Assembly (NCBI GenBank): GCA_039028615.1
Contig: JBCCHT010000001.1
Location: 192,001-256,000, forward strand
Direction: 5' to 3'
From: Myxococcota bacterium
Lineage (GTDB): Bacteria > Myxococcota_A > Polyangia > Nannocystales > Nannocystaceae
DNA length: 64,000 nt
The position numbers and the translations under genes were made by a program. The notes under the pieces are model-generated. The model did not search any database, was not told the DNA's origin, and saw nothing but the letters and a program-made list of their open reading frames with translations. This document shows, piece by piece, positions 17,832-28,056 of this stretch (position 1 is its first letter; the number at the start of each line of letters is the position of its first letter).

Positions 17832-19388
17832 TCAGCGCCGCCGGCGAACGCTGGACATGGCCATGTCGCCCGCGAAGCCGAGCAGGAACACCCCGCCGAG
17901 GATCATCATGAACAAGCCGTGTCGCTGCATCCAGCTGGGCGACTCGCCGTGGATCTCCACGTTGACGTCGACCTGAGTCGGCGGCGCCACGGGGGTGGGC
18001 CCGTCGGCGGCAGGCACGGCCATCGGCCCCTGCCCCAGCTCGGCCTGGATCACGTCGAGCATGTGGGCCCGCAGCGACTTGAGCTCGTAATCGTCGGCGT
18101 GCGGATCGGCGTGGGCATTGCCGATGCCGGAGTGATCGGTGAGGAACAAGTACTTGCCCCCGGTGGTACGCGCGGCCCAGCGCATCAGGTACTCGCAGAT
18201 CGGCTCCACACCGCTGCTGGCCACCGGATACACGGAGACGTTCTTGCTCGCGAGCGAGCCGGTCGCGTGCACGTAGGTCTGGTAGCCCGCCGCATGCGGC
18301 GGCGCATCGGCGAGCACGAACACCAGCTTGGCCGCCTGGTCGCCCGACCACTGCAGCGTGCTCGCGGCCTTCATGCCCTCGTCCATCGCCTCGGGGAAGT
18401 CGCCCCCGCCGCCGGCTCCGTACACGCCGAGGTGGTCGACGAACGCATCGAGCGGCTCGAAGTCGTGGTGGCGCACGAGGTACTCGTCGGTCTGATCGCG
18501 ATAGACGACCAAGCCGTAGCGCTGCTCCACGTTGGGGTGCTGGCGGCCGATCTCCTGCGCGATCGAGCGGACCTCCGTCTTGAGGTACTGCAGCTCGTCG
18601 CCCATGCTGCCCGTGGTGTCGACGACGAAGCCGATCTCGAGCACGGGCGCGGTGGTGGTCGCATTCGGAGCGGCGCCCTTGGCCTTGTGACTGGGGATGG
18701 CCTGCGCGATGCCGCCGTCGAGCGCGGTCGCTTTGTCGCGAAGCTCGTCGAGCAGCGTGGTGTCGCTCAGGTCGTCGAGGATGCCCGCGGTGAGCTGACC
18801 GGCGCGAAGTTGTTCGTCGTAGCCGACGCCGGTGTCGGGCATCGGGCCACCGAACGCCGAGTCTTCGGCCAAACCGCCGCCCCCTCGGCCCTCGCCGCCG
18901 AACGCCATGCCGCCGCTCATCCCCTTGGTCCCGCTACCGGGCTTGCCCATCATGCCGAGGATGCCGGCGTGGCGAGCCGTCGAGGAGCTGGAGCGCGCCG
19001 ACTTGGGCATCGCCGGAGGGGGAGGAGCCTCGGATGGGGCGGCTTCGGCCTTGGTCCGGACCTCGGTGGGCATGAAGCTCGGCATGTCGCGGGCTTCACC
19101 CGTGACTCGCTCGGCATCACTGGGCTCGTCCGCGAAGATCGGCGTGTCCACGACCGGGGCGACCTCGATCGCCGTCTTCGCCTCCTCGACCGTCGCGTTG
19201 TCGGCGGTGGCGGTCGGGCTTTGGGCTACGGTCGTCTCGCCGTCAGCGGTCGGACTCGCCGAGTTCATCGCCGTGGCCGCGACGTAGAGCGGGATCGCAA
19301 TCGCGCTGCCAGCCAGCGTCGTGAGGGTGAGCGGGTATCGACGGCGCCGCGGCGCCACGGACTCGGAGTTGGAAACGTCGTCGGTCAT
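17832..19388 (-). CDS. VWA-domain protein with N- and C-terminal hydrophobic anchors
   Basis: MIDAS FVVDTTGSM; GGGDFPEA; LADAPPH; C-terminal TM followed by RRRR. Confidence 0.85.
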   Translation of the reverse strand: MTDDVSNSESVAPRRRRYPLTLTTLAGSAIAIPLYVAATAMNSASPTADGETTVAQSPTATADNATVEEAKTAIEVAPVVDTPIFADEPSDAERVTGEARDMPSFMPTEVRTKAEAAPSEAPPPPAMPKSARSSSSTARHAGILGMMGKPGSGTKGMSGGMAFGGEGRGGGGLAEDSAFGGPMPDTGVGYDEQLRAGQLTAGILDDLSDTTLLDELRDKATALDGGIAQAIPSHKAKGAAPNATTTAPVLEIGFVVDTTGSMGDELQYLKTEVRSIAQEIGRQHPNVEQRYGLVVYRDQTDEYLVRHHDFEPLDAFVDHLGVYGAGGGGDFPEAMDEGMKAASTLQWSGDQAAKLVFVLADAPPHAAGYQTYVHATGSLASKNVSVYPVASSGVEPICEYLMRWAARTTGGKYLFLTDHSGIGNAHADPHADDYELKSLRAHMLDVIQAELGQGPMAVPAADGPTPVAPPTQVDVNVEIHGESPSWMQRHGLFMMILGGVFLLGFAGDMAMSSVRRRR

Positions 19389-19492
19389 CGGCTTCCCGCC
19401 CTCCAACGCGCCACCTGGCGATTCGATGTAAACGAATTCACCAGCGCAGCGAGCGCGGGCGCAACCGCCCACAAACGCGGTTTGGGCCCAGA

Positions 19493-19909
19493 TTACGCGA
19501 TGGCGTCGGCGATGCGCCGGGCGAGGTCGGGCGCGGTGGCCTGGTCGAGAGGACGGGGCGATCCCTTGAATCGGAGCCCATGCGAGCCCCGGCGCGGGAT
19601 GAGGTGGAAGTGGGCATGCATCACCTCCTGCCCCGCATCGGCCCCGTTGTTCTGGAGCACGTTGTAGGCGTGGGCGCCCGTGGCCTGCATCAACGCCCGC
19701 GCCAGCATGGGCAACACGCGACCGATGGCCGCAGACTGCTCGGGCGACAGCTCGTGGAGGTGAGCGCGACGCTCTTTGGGGATGACCAGCAGGTGCCCCT
19801 GCGCCATGGGGTTGACGTCAAGAAACGCCAACACGTGCTCATCTTCGTAGACCCTGTGGCAGGGCAGCTCACCGTCGAGGATCTTGGCAAAGACCGTGGT
19901 CGCGGACAT
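19493..19909 (-). CDS. HIT family nucleotide hydrolase
   Basis: FAKILDGELPC, AFLDVNP, GHLLVIPK, AGQEVMHAHFHLIPR. Confidence 0.95.
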   Translation of the reverse strand: MSATTVFAKILDGELPCHRVYEDEHVLAFLDVNPMAQGHLLVIPKERRAHLHELSPEQSAAIGRVLPMLARALMQATGAHAYNVLQNNGADAGQEVMHAHFHLIPRRGSHGLRFKGSPRPLDQATAPDLARRIADAIA

Positions 19910-19935
19910 GGCCCATCGTACTCGGCCCAGCGGCT

Positions 19936-21303
19936 TCAGTCGCCGCCCGCGGTCACGGTGGCCTGCTCGTCTCGTTCGAGGATGGTGAACTCGATGCGCC
20001 GGTTGTTGGCGCGCCCGTCCTTGGTCTCGTTGCTATCGATGGGTTCGTCGGGGCCGACGCCCGCCGTCTCGATGCGACGCTCGCGGATGCCCTTGCTCAC
20101 CATGTAGCGCTTGACCGACTTGGCGCGGCGCTGCGACAGGTCGACGTTGTGCCGATAGCCGCCGATGGCGTCCGTATGCCCGGTGATACGCACGCGAAGC
20201 TGACGGTACTTCTTCATGACCTCGACGGCGCGGTCGAGCGTGGGCCGGGAGTCGGCCTTGATCTTCGCCTTGTCGACATCGAAGTTGATGCCGTTCATCA
20301 CCCCGCTGAGATCGGCCAGCTCGGGCGGCACTTCATCGGGGCAGCCGTCGGAGTCCTCGAAGCCGTTGCGCGACTCGGGCTGCTCGGGGCACTTGTCGAC
20401 CGGGTTCGCGAGACCATCCCCATCGTTGTCGTCGACGCAGACCTGCGGACAGCCGCGCGGCGCGGCACCGGGTGTATCGGGGCAGTAGTCGTCGCGATCG
20501 CGCACGCCGTCGCCGTCGCGATCCCCAGGGCGCCCCTGCGGGCGCTCGCTCACCGACTCGCGGTGCCGCTTTCGACCCAGCGTGACCGACAGACCGAGCA
20601 AGACCTCGGGGCTCGAGGTCAGCCCGTCGCCGACCCCCAACCGATTGCTGACCACATTGCGCACGTCGAGCCGCATCTGCACCCAGCGATTGAAATAGAC
20701 CTTCACGCCGCCGCCGAAGTGGATCGCGACGTCTTGCTCGCTGCCGATGCCTTCGGGTGGGCCCGCGCTCGCGACCCCGAGCATGCCCGTACCCGCCAAG
20801 ATGAAGGGCGTGACGCTCCACAGACCCAGCTGCCCCACGATGTGGCCGCGCACGTTCCAGGCGGTGGCGCGACCATTGGAGTCCAGCGTGCGGGTGGGCA
20901 TGGCTCCGCCCTCGACCTCGACCCCGACCCAGCGCAAGGGATAGTAGCCGGCACGGAGCCCGACTTCGGGGGTGACCAGGCGCAGCAGCTGATGGCCATC
21001 GGCGGCGAACCCCTCGGTGGGCTCGAACAGCTCGAGGTGCCGGCTGGGAAACCACACCCCGCCGAAGACCCCGAGCTCGGCCATGTTGCGCTCGGGTGCC
21101 CAGCGGTAGATCCACTTGTCTTCGCGATCGCGACGCTCGGCCGAGCCGGACGTCGACCCGCTCGCCTCCGAGGCATCGATCCGACCTTCGGCCGACGCGC
21201 TCGACTCGGCGGCCGGGGCCGCCTCGGCCGTGCCCACAATGGCGAGCGTCGCGAACAGGGCCATGCCCGGAAAAACTTGGGTCATCGTCATGGAGTTCGC
21301 CAT
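19936..21303 (-). CDS. OmpA-family outer membrane protein (beta-barrel + TSP3 repeats + OmpA-C; TraB-like architecture)
   Basis: Signal peptide; barrel strands; DRDGDGVRDRDDYCP repeats; GHTD...NVDLSQRRA...NRRIEF. Confidence 0.9.
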   Translation of the reverse strand: MANSMTMTQVFPGMALFATLAIVGTAEAAPAAESSASAEGRIDASEASGSTSGSAERRDREDKWIYRWAPERNMAELGVFGGVWFPSRHLELFEPTEGFAADGHQLLRLVTPEVGLRAGYYPLRWVGVEVEGGAMPTRTLDSNGRATAWNVRGHIVGQLGLWSVTPFILAGTGMLGVASAGPPEGIGSEQDVAIHFGGGVKVYFNRWVQMRLDVRNVVSNRLGVGDGLTSSPEVLLGLSVTLGRKRHRESVSERPQGRPGDRDGDGVRDRDDYCPDTPGAAPRGCPQVCVDDNDGDGLANPVDKCPEQPESRNGFEDSDGCPDEVPPELADLSGVMNGINFDVDKAKIKADSRPTLDRAVEVMKKYRQLRVRITGHTDAIGGYRHNVDLSQRRAKSVKRYMVSKGIRERRIETAGVGPDEPIDSNETKDGRANNRRIEFTILERDEQATVTAGGD

Positions 21304-21306
21304 GGC

Positions 21307-22404
21307 CTAGTCACACGCACACTCGAGCCGCACGGAGACGACGCCCTGCTGGATCGCTTCACATGCCGCGCCCTGCAACACGAGCGTGGTCTCGTCTTGC
21401 AGGCCCCAGCCCTCGGGGTCACCGAAGGGGAACGCCGCGTCGTTGACCGTCATCTCGCACGACGGCGCGAGCTCCATCATCAGCGGGGCCGACAGCGGGA
21501 ACTCGCAAGGACGCAGACCGGAGACGATGGCATCGAAGGCCGCGACCAGCGACGCGGTGTCGTTGGCCACATAAAACGGCGCGTCGGGGTCTCCGGCCTC
21601 CTGCCCCACCCCCGCGTTGGCCAGGTCTTGCAGGTGCTCTTCGGCGATGTCCAGGCCCACGCTGATCACGAAGGTTCGAATCCCCATTTCGTGAGCGGCC
21701 TGCACCGCATCGATCGCGACACCGCGCACCTGGTCGACCTCGGCCCCATCGGGCGCCGGAATGGCGCACGTATCCGGCTCTCCGTCGGTGGCGAGCACGA
21801 TGACCTTGTCGCCCTTCCACGGGTCCTGCTCCAGCTCGTCGATCACCAGCTGCAGCGACTCCCCCGTGGGCGTGTCGCCGTCGGGGACCTCGCCCGCCAA
21901 CAGGGTCGCAATCTCGTCTGCGGCATCGAGCTGAGGCGCCAGGGTCTGCACTGCGGGGCACATGCCGTCGGGGTTGTGATACAGCGAGACACCGAAGCGA
22001 ATGCTCGATTGCAGCGACGTGACCACCCCGTCGGGCCCGATGAGGGTATTGCCCATCGCCTCCCAGCGCGTGGCGCCGCCGTCGAAGTCTTCGTCCATGC
22101 TGCCGCTCTGATCGACCACGAGCTGGAAGGTAGGCACCTGCGGTAGCAAGACTTCTTGGAAGTCGGGGCACTCCACTTGGCCGCCGTCGCCAGTCGCGAC
22201 GCCCGTCTCGTCGGCGGTGACGTCACCCGCGGACGCGTCCGCCGTCCCCCCCGCCGACGCATCGTCGGTCGCGGCGCTCGTGCTCGAACCAGCCCCGTCC
22301 TCGGGACAGCCGCCTTGCGCGAGCCCATCGTCGAAGCATGGATCAGCACAGCCCGTAGCCGTGCCCAAGCCCATTACGAATGATCCAATCACGACCCCGC
22401 GCAT
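21307..22404 (-). CDS. VWA-domain lipoprotein
   Basis: Lipobox ATGC; LVVDQSGSM, DTPTG, VLATDGEPDTC; ends 3 nt before the OmpA gene. Confidence 0.85.
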   Translation of the reverse strand: MRGVVIGSFVMGLGTATGCADPCFDDGLAQGGCPEDGAGSSTSAATDDASAGGTADASAGDVTADETGVATGDGGQVECPDFQEVLLPQVPTFQLVVDQSGSMDEDFDGGATRWEAMGNTLIGPDGVVTSLQSSIRFGVSLYHNPDGMCPAVQTLAPQLDAADEIATLLAGEVPDGDTPTGESLQLVIDELEQDPWKGDKVIVLATDGEPDTCAIPAPDGAEVDQVRGVAIDAVQAAHEMGIRTFVISVGLDIAEEHLQDLANAGVGQEAGDPDAPFYVANDTASLVAAFDAIVSGLRPCEFPLSAPLMMELAPSCEMTVNDAAFPFGDPEGWGLQDETTLVLQGAACEAIQQGVVSVRLECACD

Positions 22405-22600
22405 CGCAGGGCCGCATCGCCGGCCTTGTCCCCTCACCACCACTAGCGTGTACAGACAATTCCGGTTTCGCCAGCCGCTTTGTCGTACCGAAGTCGGGCG
22501 ACATCGGCCTTCGCTCGATTAGTTCGTGAGCAGAGCCAACGTCCTTGCAACGACCATCATCGGCGCGTCGATCGATGACGGAAGTGGGCCGCACGATCAA

Positions 22601-23698
22601 TCAGGGACAAGCACCACATACCCAACGAAAGCCATCGACGAGGGCGTAGGCGTCGAATTCGATATCACGCCCATCCCAGATGGAGACCACGACCGTGATC
22701 TCTTCTCCTTCTTCGACCGGCCCCGCTCCGGTGAGCCAGGCCGTCGCGCCGTGGCCCTCCATGCACGTCCCCGCGAGCTCGGGCAACGTGGAGTCGTCGT
22801 CGCGGTACTCGAGGTACACCGTGTCGACGGCGAGCGGGTTGCCTTGCGAGTCGAGGGCGATGTTCCCCGTCCACAGCTCCGAGTCCAGCCACACCATGAA
22901 CATGTCGTTCCAATCGGGACCGATGAAATCGGGGTACTCCGAGATGAGGAAGGCGTAGTCGAGCTCGATCCCACTCGCCCCGCCGGGCACCGTCGCGGAG
23001 AAGCGGAGCTCGCCATAGTCGTAGGCCCCGCCGTTGAACTGGGTCTGCAGCGTGTTGGAACAGTCACCGAATCCCACGAGGGACGGATCGGCGAGACAGT
23101 CACCGCCTGCGTCGAAGGGAATGATGGGAGCGGGCAAGGCCTTGCCCAGGGTTTGGTTGCGAGCCAGGCTCTGGCCCTCGGCGCAGTCGATCAATGGATC
23201 GAGCAGACGATCGATGGTCCCCGTCCCCATCGCGAGGATGGAGCCGCCTTGCCGCGGGGCGAAGGCGTCGCTGGCTCCCAGCCCGCCCAGCACTTCGAGC
23301 GCGCCCGCGGAGGCGAAGATCGACGACTCGAACACGGGGTTGTCCTCGCAGCCGACTCCGATGGCCTCGAAGGGGGTCGCGCTGCTCGGGTCCCCGTCGA
23401 AGCACGGCACGACCTCCTCGCAGGCGCAGCTCTGAAAGCCCGTGGTGTCGATGCTTCCGTCGTCGGAAGAGCCTCCGACGGAGTCATCCGAGCCATCGCC
23501 CGAGGAGTCACCCGGCTCACCCGGCCCCCGCCCGCCACTTTCGGTGTTCTCTCGTTCGTCTTCCCGCGGCCCGGTGTCCGTCGATGCACTCGACGGTTCG
23601 TCCAGCGCATCGATGTCGGGGTCATAGGCGGGGTTGCGGGCCGAGCATCCCGCGATACCAATCGTCAGTACGCCGGTCGCCATCAACGCCCAGCGCAC
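22601..23698 (-). CDS. Choice-of-anchor L domain lipoprotein
   Basis: AAGGAG RBS before GTG; lipobox IAGC; DYAFLISEYPDFIG...NDMF, SIWDGRD...DAYALVDGF. Confidence 0.75.
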   Translation of the reverse strand: MRWALMATGVLTIGIAGCSARNPAYDPDIDALDEPSSASTDTGPREDERENTESGGRGPGEPGDSSGDGSDDSVGGSSDDGSIDTTGFQSCACEEVVPCFDGDPSSATPFEAIGVGCEDNPVFESSIFASAGALEVLGGLGASDAFAPRQGGSILAMGTGTIDRLLDPLIDCAEGQSLARNQTLGKALPAPIIPFDAGGDCLADPSLVGFGDCSNTLQTQFNGGAYDYGELRFSATVPGGASGIELDYAFLISEYPDFIGPDWNDMFMVWLDSELWTGNIALDSQGNPLAVDTVYLEYRDDDSTLPELAGTCMEGHGATAWLTGAGPVEEGEEITVVVSIWDGRDIEFDAYALVDGFRWVCGACP

Positions 23699-23865
23699 AC
23701 GAACTCCTTCGCGGTTCCATCCATCGTTGGATCCATGGCCTCGCCCACCGATGAGCTTCAACCAATCCTATTATGGTCCGCCTCGATTTCGATAACGAAG
23801 ATGGAACGTCGTAAAGAGGAATGACGCCCCGAGTTCGGCGCTCGGGGCGGCAGCGTTGACGCTGT

Positions 23866-25074
23866 CTAGGGCAGCGGAATGTAGCGGGCCAAGCCCCGCG
23901 ACGTCCCACCTTCCGGTGCAATGACGTCCAGGACCACGATGGCCATGTCGCCGCTGACGACGACTCCCTTGGTCTCCACCTCGACCGCATCCTCGAGCAC
24001 CCGAGGCACCTCCCACAACGTCGCGCCATCCCGCTGTCGCCCCGAAACGACCAGCTCCGATCCAATACCGCCGTGCGCATGGAGGAGCGATCCGGAGCGA
24101 ATATCGACCGAGGCACGCCAATCGACCTGCGGGTCGATGAACGCGGAAGACTCGGCCCCATCGGGCTCCATCGAAGTGACTCGCAGCTCGCCGAACCCCG
24201 CGGAGACGGCAATCACACTCTGGTCATCGTCGACGAACAGGTTGGTGTGGTTGTAGGCGGGATCGAAGTCCACGGGCGAGGTCCACAGCAGCTCACCGTC
24301 GGAGTCGACCAGCGTGAGCTCGATCTGAAACTCGTCGGGGTGGGACTCGGCCAATACATAGACCTGTCCGTCCGGTCGCACGGCGAGGTCGTGGATCGGG
24401 CCCTCGAAGAACACCTCGAGCTCCACGGTCCCATCCATGGCGTGGCGTCGCAGCATCCCCGTGCCCGGCGGATACGACCCCTCGAGCCCTCGCGTCGCGC
24501 TCCATAGAGCCTCCGGGCCATACTCGATCGCGGTCACTTCTCCGCGGGGCTGCTCCATCGGGACCTGTGACACCAACTCCCCTTCCCCATCCAAGATCCA
24601 CAGCGTGGGAATCGGCGGCGGCCCCTCGTCGGGCCAGAAACCGTCGACGCCTCCCACCGCGATCGCGCCGTCGGGGCTCGCATCCAGCTCCAGCGGGATG
24701 CCCCACGGAAACGCCCGCGTCCAGTGAGCACCGCTGGCGTCGAAGCGAGAGATCGAGCTCGTGTCCAGCGTCGACAGCAACGCGATGCCATCGCCGTTGG
24801 GCATCACGTCGAGGTCACGAGGAAACATGCCGTACCAGTTCACGGCGATTTCTTCGGGGAACTCGTCGACCGCCGCGGGCGGCTCGGCGTCGGTCGTCGC
24901 CTCGCCATCGTCCGTACCTTCGGTCTCACCGTCGCCTTCGCCCGGGCTCGTGGTGGACCCCTCGGGCTCGTCACCCCCTACGCCAGCGGGAGGGAGCACG
25001 CAGGCGGGCATGGTCGTCGCCAAGCATACGATCCACGGCAACGTTGAAGTGGGCAGTTCATGAAGTCTCATCAC
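23866..25074 (-). CDS. Beta-propeller lipoprotein
   Basis: Lipobox-like MPAC; repeated xxPDG, DGELLW, DGATLW blades; overlaps the ECF gene stop. Confidence 0.7.
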   Translation of the reverse strand: MMRLHELPTSTLPWIVCLATTMPACVLPPAGVGGDEPEGSTTSPGEGDGETEGTDDGEATTDAEPPAAVDEFPEEIAVNWYGMFPRDLDVMPNGDGIALLSTLDTSSISRFDASGAHWTRAFPWGIPLELDASPDGAIAVGGVDGFWPDEGPPPIPTLWILDGEGELVSQVPMEQPRGEVTAIEYGPEALWSATRGLEGSYPPGTGMLRRHAMDGTVELEVFFEGPIHDLAVRPDGQVYVLAESHPDEFQIELTLVDSDGELLWTSPVDFDPAYNHTNLFVDDDQSVIAVSAGFGELRVTSMEPDGAESSAFIDPQVDWRASVDIRSGSLLHAHGGIGSELVVSGRQRDGATLWEVPRVLEDAVEVETKGVVVSGDMAIVVLDVIAPEGGTSRGLARYIPLP

Positions 25075-26378
25075 TCCCCTTGGTCTCCGCCCGCGACCGA
25101 GCTGACGACCGGCTCGGAGAACAATTGCTCACCGATACAGGTGCGACGAAGGGCCGCCTCGTGCTCGTGACCGCGGGGGGTGTTCAGCAGGGCGCGGGCG
25201 CTCGTGAGCGCGTCGCGTTGCCGACCGAGCTTGCATGCGACCGTGACCGAAGAGCGTCGCCGCTCTGCGGCGAGGCGGCCACGCGGAAAGCTCCGGGCGT
25301 GCAGCGACAGAGACTCCCACGCCGCGGGCCATTGCTCTGCCTGCATCTGCGTCCGCGCGCGGCTCAGCAACACCGCCTCTCGTGCCAGGGCATCGGCGGA
25401 AGGTTCACTCACCGTCGGGGACTCGGCCGCCGTCGTGGTCGCGGGGGCCTTCGCCGTGTCCCTCGCTTCGTCGTTCGCGGCCCCACGTCGAACTCGAGTC
25501 GGGGAAGGACGCGAGTTCGGACGGACAGGCGCGTTCACGGCGAGTATCGGTGGTACGCGCTCTTCGACGTCGGCCGGCTCGACGCGGGCTGCGACCGCGG
25601 GGGCACTCGATGACGACGATGAAGAGGCCTTGGCCCGGGCCGCTCGCGGTTCCCCGACCGAGGGCGTCGATGTCGGCTCGGAGGGGACCACCGCCATCAC
25701 TCCCACGATGGTGAGGGCCGCCGCCACGCCACCGACCGCAGCTCCGCCCATGACGCCGCCGAGCGAGAACCCGGGCAGCGCGAGCCAGAGCCGCTGCCGG
25801 GCCTGTGCCGGAGGTCGCTCGGTGGCCGACGCCAGCCGACGCACCACGGGACCCGCGGGTCCATCGGGACCAAACGCCTCCTCGAAGTCGGCCCGGGCCG
25901 CCCGCAGTCGCGAGTACGCCGTGCTCGGCTTGACCCCCAACGCCTGGGCCAACGACGCGCGAGGCAGCCCTTCGATCTCACCCAGAACGAAGGCCTCGCG
26001 CTTGGGCGCATCCAAGGTCTCGAGAAACGCATGCAACAGCCGCCTCGCCTCGGCTCGCCGCACGACCTCGTGCCCCTCGGGCTCGAGGCGCTCGGGCGTC
26101 TGCTGGGCCAACGCCCCTTTTCGACGCGTGCGTCGTTGCTCGGCCCGGCGATACCGCCACGCCACCCGTCGCGCGATGCCGTACAGCCAGGTCCGCTCGC
26201 TGCTGCGCGCTTCGAAGTCGTCGATGCGTCGATGCACCACCACGAACACGTCGTGGGCAGCGTCTTCGACCTGCGCGTCGGGGACCCCCAGCCGCCGCAA
26301 GACCGTCCACACGAAGTCGAGCTCGCACAGGTAGAGCTCCCGAAAACGCCGCGCGCGGGTGGAGATGAACATCTTCAT
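25071..26378 (-). CDS. ECF sigma-70 factor fused to TM helix and periplasmic TPR-like domain
   Basis: Region 2 VEDAAHDVFVVVHRR...TWLYGIARRV; region 4 LDAPKREAFVLGEIEG...STAYSRLRAAR; TM; C-term LAREAVLLSRAR...FPRGRLAAER. Confidence 0.85.
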   Translation of the reverse strand: MKMFISTRARRFRELYLCELDFVWTVLRRLGVPDAQVEDAAHDVFVVVHRRIDDFEARSSERTWLYGIARRVAWRYRRAEQRRTRRKGALAQQTPERLEPEGHEVVRRAEARRLLHAFLETLDAPKREAFVLGEIEGLPRASLAQALGVKPSTAYSRLRAARADFEEAFGPDGPAGPVVRRLASATERPPAQARQRLWLALPGFSLGGVMGGAAVGGVAAALTIVGVMAVVPSEPTSTPSVGEPRAARAKASSSSSSSAPAVAARVEPADVEERVPPILAVNAPVRPNSRPSPTRVRRGAANDEARDTAKAPATTTAAESPTVSEPSADALAREAVLLSRARTQMQAEQWPAAWESLSLHARSFPRGRLAAERRRSSVTVACKLGRQRDALTSARALLNTPRGHEHEAALRRTCIGEQLFSEPVVSSVAGGDQGE

Positions 26379-27352
26379 GTCCTTGGTCTCCGGCTGCGCG
26401 ACGATTGACGAAGCGGAATGCGAAATTCTGCTCCGAGCCCGATTCCGAGGCCTAAGGCGGGTGTTTCGTGCAGAAGGCCGCCGTCGTCGAGGGCGAAGGT
26501 CGGCCGCGTGATTGCCGCGCCGAAGGTCAGAGCGCCATGCAGCGCGAGCCACGACGTGGCCGCGTAGCTCACGCCAGGCTGGACGGTCGCGGCGACCCAG
26601 GGGCGCGCGACCAAACGAGTGATGTCGAGACCACGGCCCTCCGCGACCATCACCCCGCCCTCTACGCCCGAGCGCAGGTGAACGATGAAGCGACCGCGGC
26701 GGATCAACGGCCCCGCCGCGACGCCGGCACTGGACGCGAAGATCTGGGCCCCGCCACCCGACTCGTGCGACGCGAACCGACCCAAGCGATGGGTCGCGGT
26801 CACGAGCAGTTCCCAGCGCGACCATTGGGGGCCGACCGCGAGGTGCCCGACGCCGTGGGCTCCCGGGAGTACGCCGGCCGCCGCTCCAGCATGAAGCCCG
26901 AGCGCGAGGGTCTGCGGCCTCGACCTCGGCTCTTCCGCTGCGTCGGCCCGAGCGCGGACCACCGGGCGCGACGATGGTGCGGCACGAGGGGTCGGTTCGC
27001 CCGGCACGGGCGTCGTGGGCGGGTCGGGCACCAACGACTTGGACGTCGCGGCGAGGGGATCGACGGCCACCGCAATGACCACCGCGGCGGCCGTGGCCAG
27101 CGAGTCGCACGACGCGGCATCGAAGCGGCGGGTCACGGCAGCGTCGGCCGTCTCGACGCGAAGCGACAGCCGATACCCTGGCCCTTCGCCGTCGATACGC
27201 GCCTCAGCCTGTCCGCGCGCCGCCGGATCGACCAGCGCCGCCAGCCTCGACTCGACCTCTGCGCGCTCCGGGCACTCCGGCGGGGCCTCCCACCGCACGG
27301 ACACGGCGGGGTCGCCTACAGCGAGCGCAACGAGCAGCGGAGCCGTGACCAT
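26375..27352 (-). CDS. Secreted/outer-membrane partner of the ECF system (WEAPxxCP N-domain + beta-barrel)
   Basis: Signal peptide; WEAPPECP...ASCDSLATAAAVVIAVAVDP; Pro linker; beta-strand C-terminus; ATGA overlap with sigma. Confidence 0.7.
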   Translation of the reverse strand: MVTAPLLVALAVGDPAVSVRWEAPPECPERAEVESRLAALVDPAARGQAEARIDGEGPGYRLSLRVETADAAVTRRFDAASCDSLATAAAVVIAVAVDPLAATSKSLVPDPPTTPVPGEPTPRAAPSSRPVVRARADAAEEPRSRPQTLALGLHAGAAAGVLPGAHGVGHLAVGPQWSRWELLVTATHRLGRFASHESGGGAQIFASSAGVAAGPLIRRGRFIVHLRSGVEGGVMVAEGRGLDITRLVARPWVAATVQPGVSYAATSWLALHGALTFGAAITRPTFALDDGGLLHETPALGLGIGLGAEFRIPLRQSSRSRRPRT

Positions 27353-27395
27353 GGGACCGATACTCGAAAGGTACCAGGGCGTGCTCGGAGCGCCA

Positions 27396-27971
27396 TCACC
27401 CTTGGGTCGGTCTCGTGATCCGGCGACTGTAGTGCGGCAACCACTCCGTCAGTACGCGCAACGCCGCGGCGGCATCGTCCGCGCCGAAGACCCGATCCTC
27501 GGCGATCTCGGGGAACCGGATGCGTTCGTCCACCCGCTCGTCGGCCAGCCGCTCGCTCCACCCCCCGCACCGCAGCGCGATGACCAGCCGCTGGTGGATC
27601 CACGCAAAGGCCATCTCGCTGAGGGTCCCCGCCCCACCGCCAATGGCGATGACGGCGTCGGACTGCGCCACCACTCGATTGCGACCGTGGTCCAGCCCGG
27701 TGCACATCGCGATGTCGACCCACGCGTTGGCGGCATCGGGATCGGTGCCCGGGAGCACGCCGATCGTCGCTCCGTCCCGCCACGCGCTCGAGCGTCGAGC
27801 CCCGCGACACGCCGCCGCCATCACCCCGCCGAGGCCTCCGGTGACCACGCGATGCCCCGCATCCACGAGACCTTCACCGATCGCCTCGGCCAGTCGCTCA
27901 CGGACCCCGCCGGGCTCGACCCGAGCATTGCCAACCACCGCCACGAGCGCCCGCCGGGGCATCACCGTCAT
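27396..27971 (-). CDS. TIGR00725/SLOG (LOG-like nucleotide-binding) family protein
   Basis: VTGGLGGVMAAACRGA, TIGVLPG, GRNRVV, IGGGAGTLSEMA. Confidence 0.9.
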   Translation of the reverse strand: MTVMPRRALVAVVGNARVEPGGVRERLAEAIGEGLVDAGHRVVTGGLGGVMAAACRGARRSSAWRDGATIGVLPGTDPDAANAWVDIAMCTGLDHGRNRVVAQSDAVIAIGGGAGTLSEMAFAWIHQRLVIALRCGGWSERLADERVDERIRFPEIAEDRVFGADDAAAALRVLTEWLPHYSRRITRPTQG

Positions 27972-28056
27972 CGAGCACCGCCACGCGCTACGAGGATCAC
28001 CCCCGAGAGGATAGACGCTGCGCCGAGCGGTGGGATTGGCGACCCGGCAACGGCCG

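Noticed and set aside
19936..22404. Calling the pair traA/traB
   Set aside because: The upstream gene is a VWA lipoprotein without TraA Cys-rich repeats or MYXO-CTERM, so only architectural similarity is claimed.
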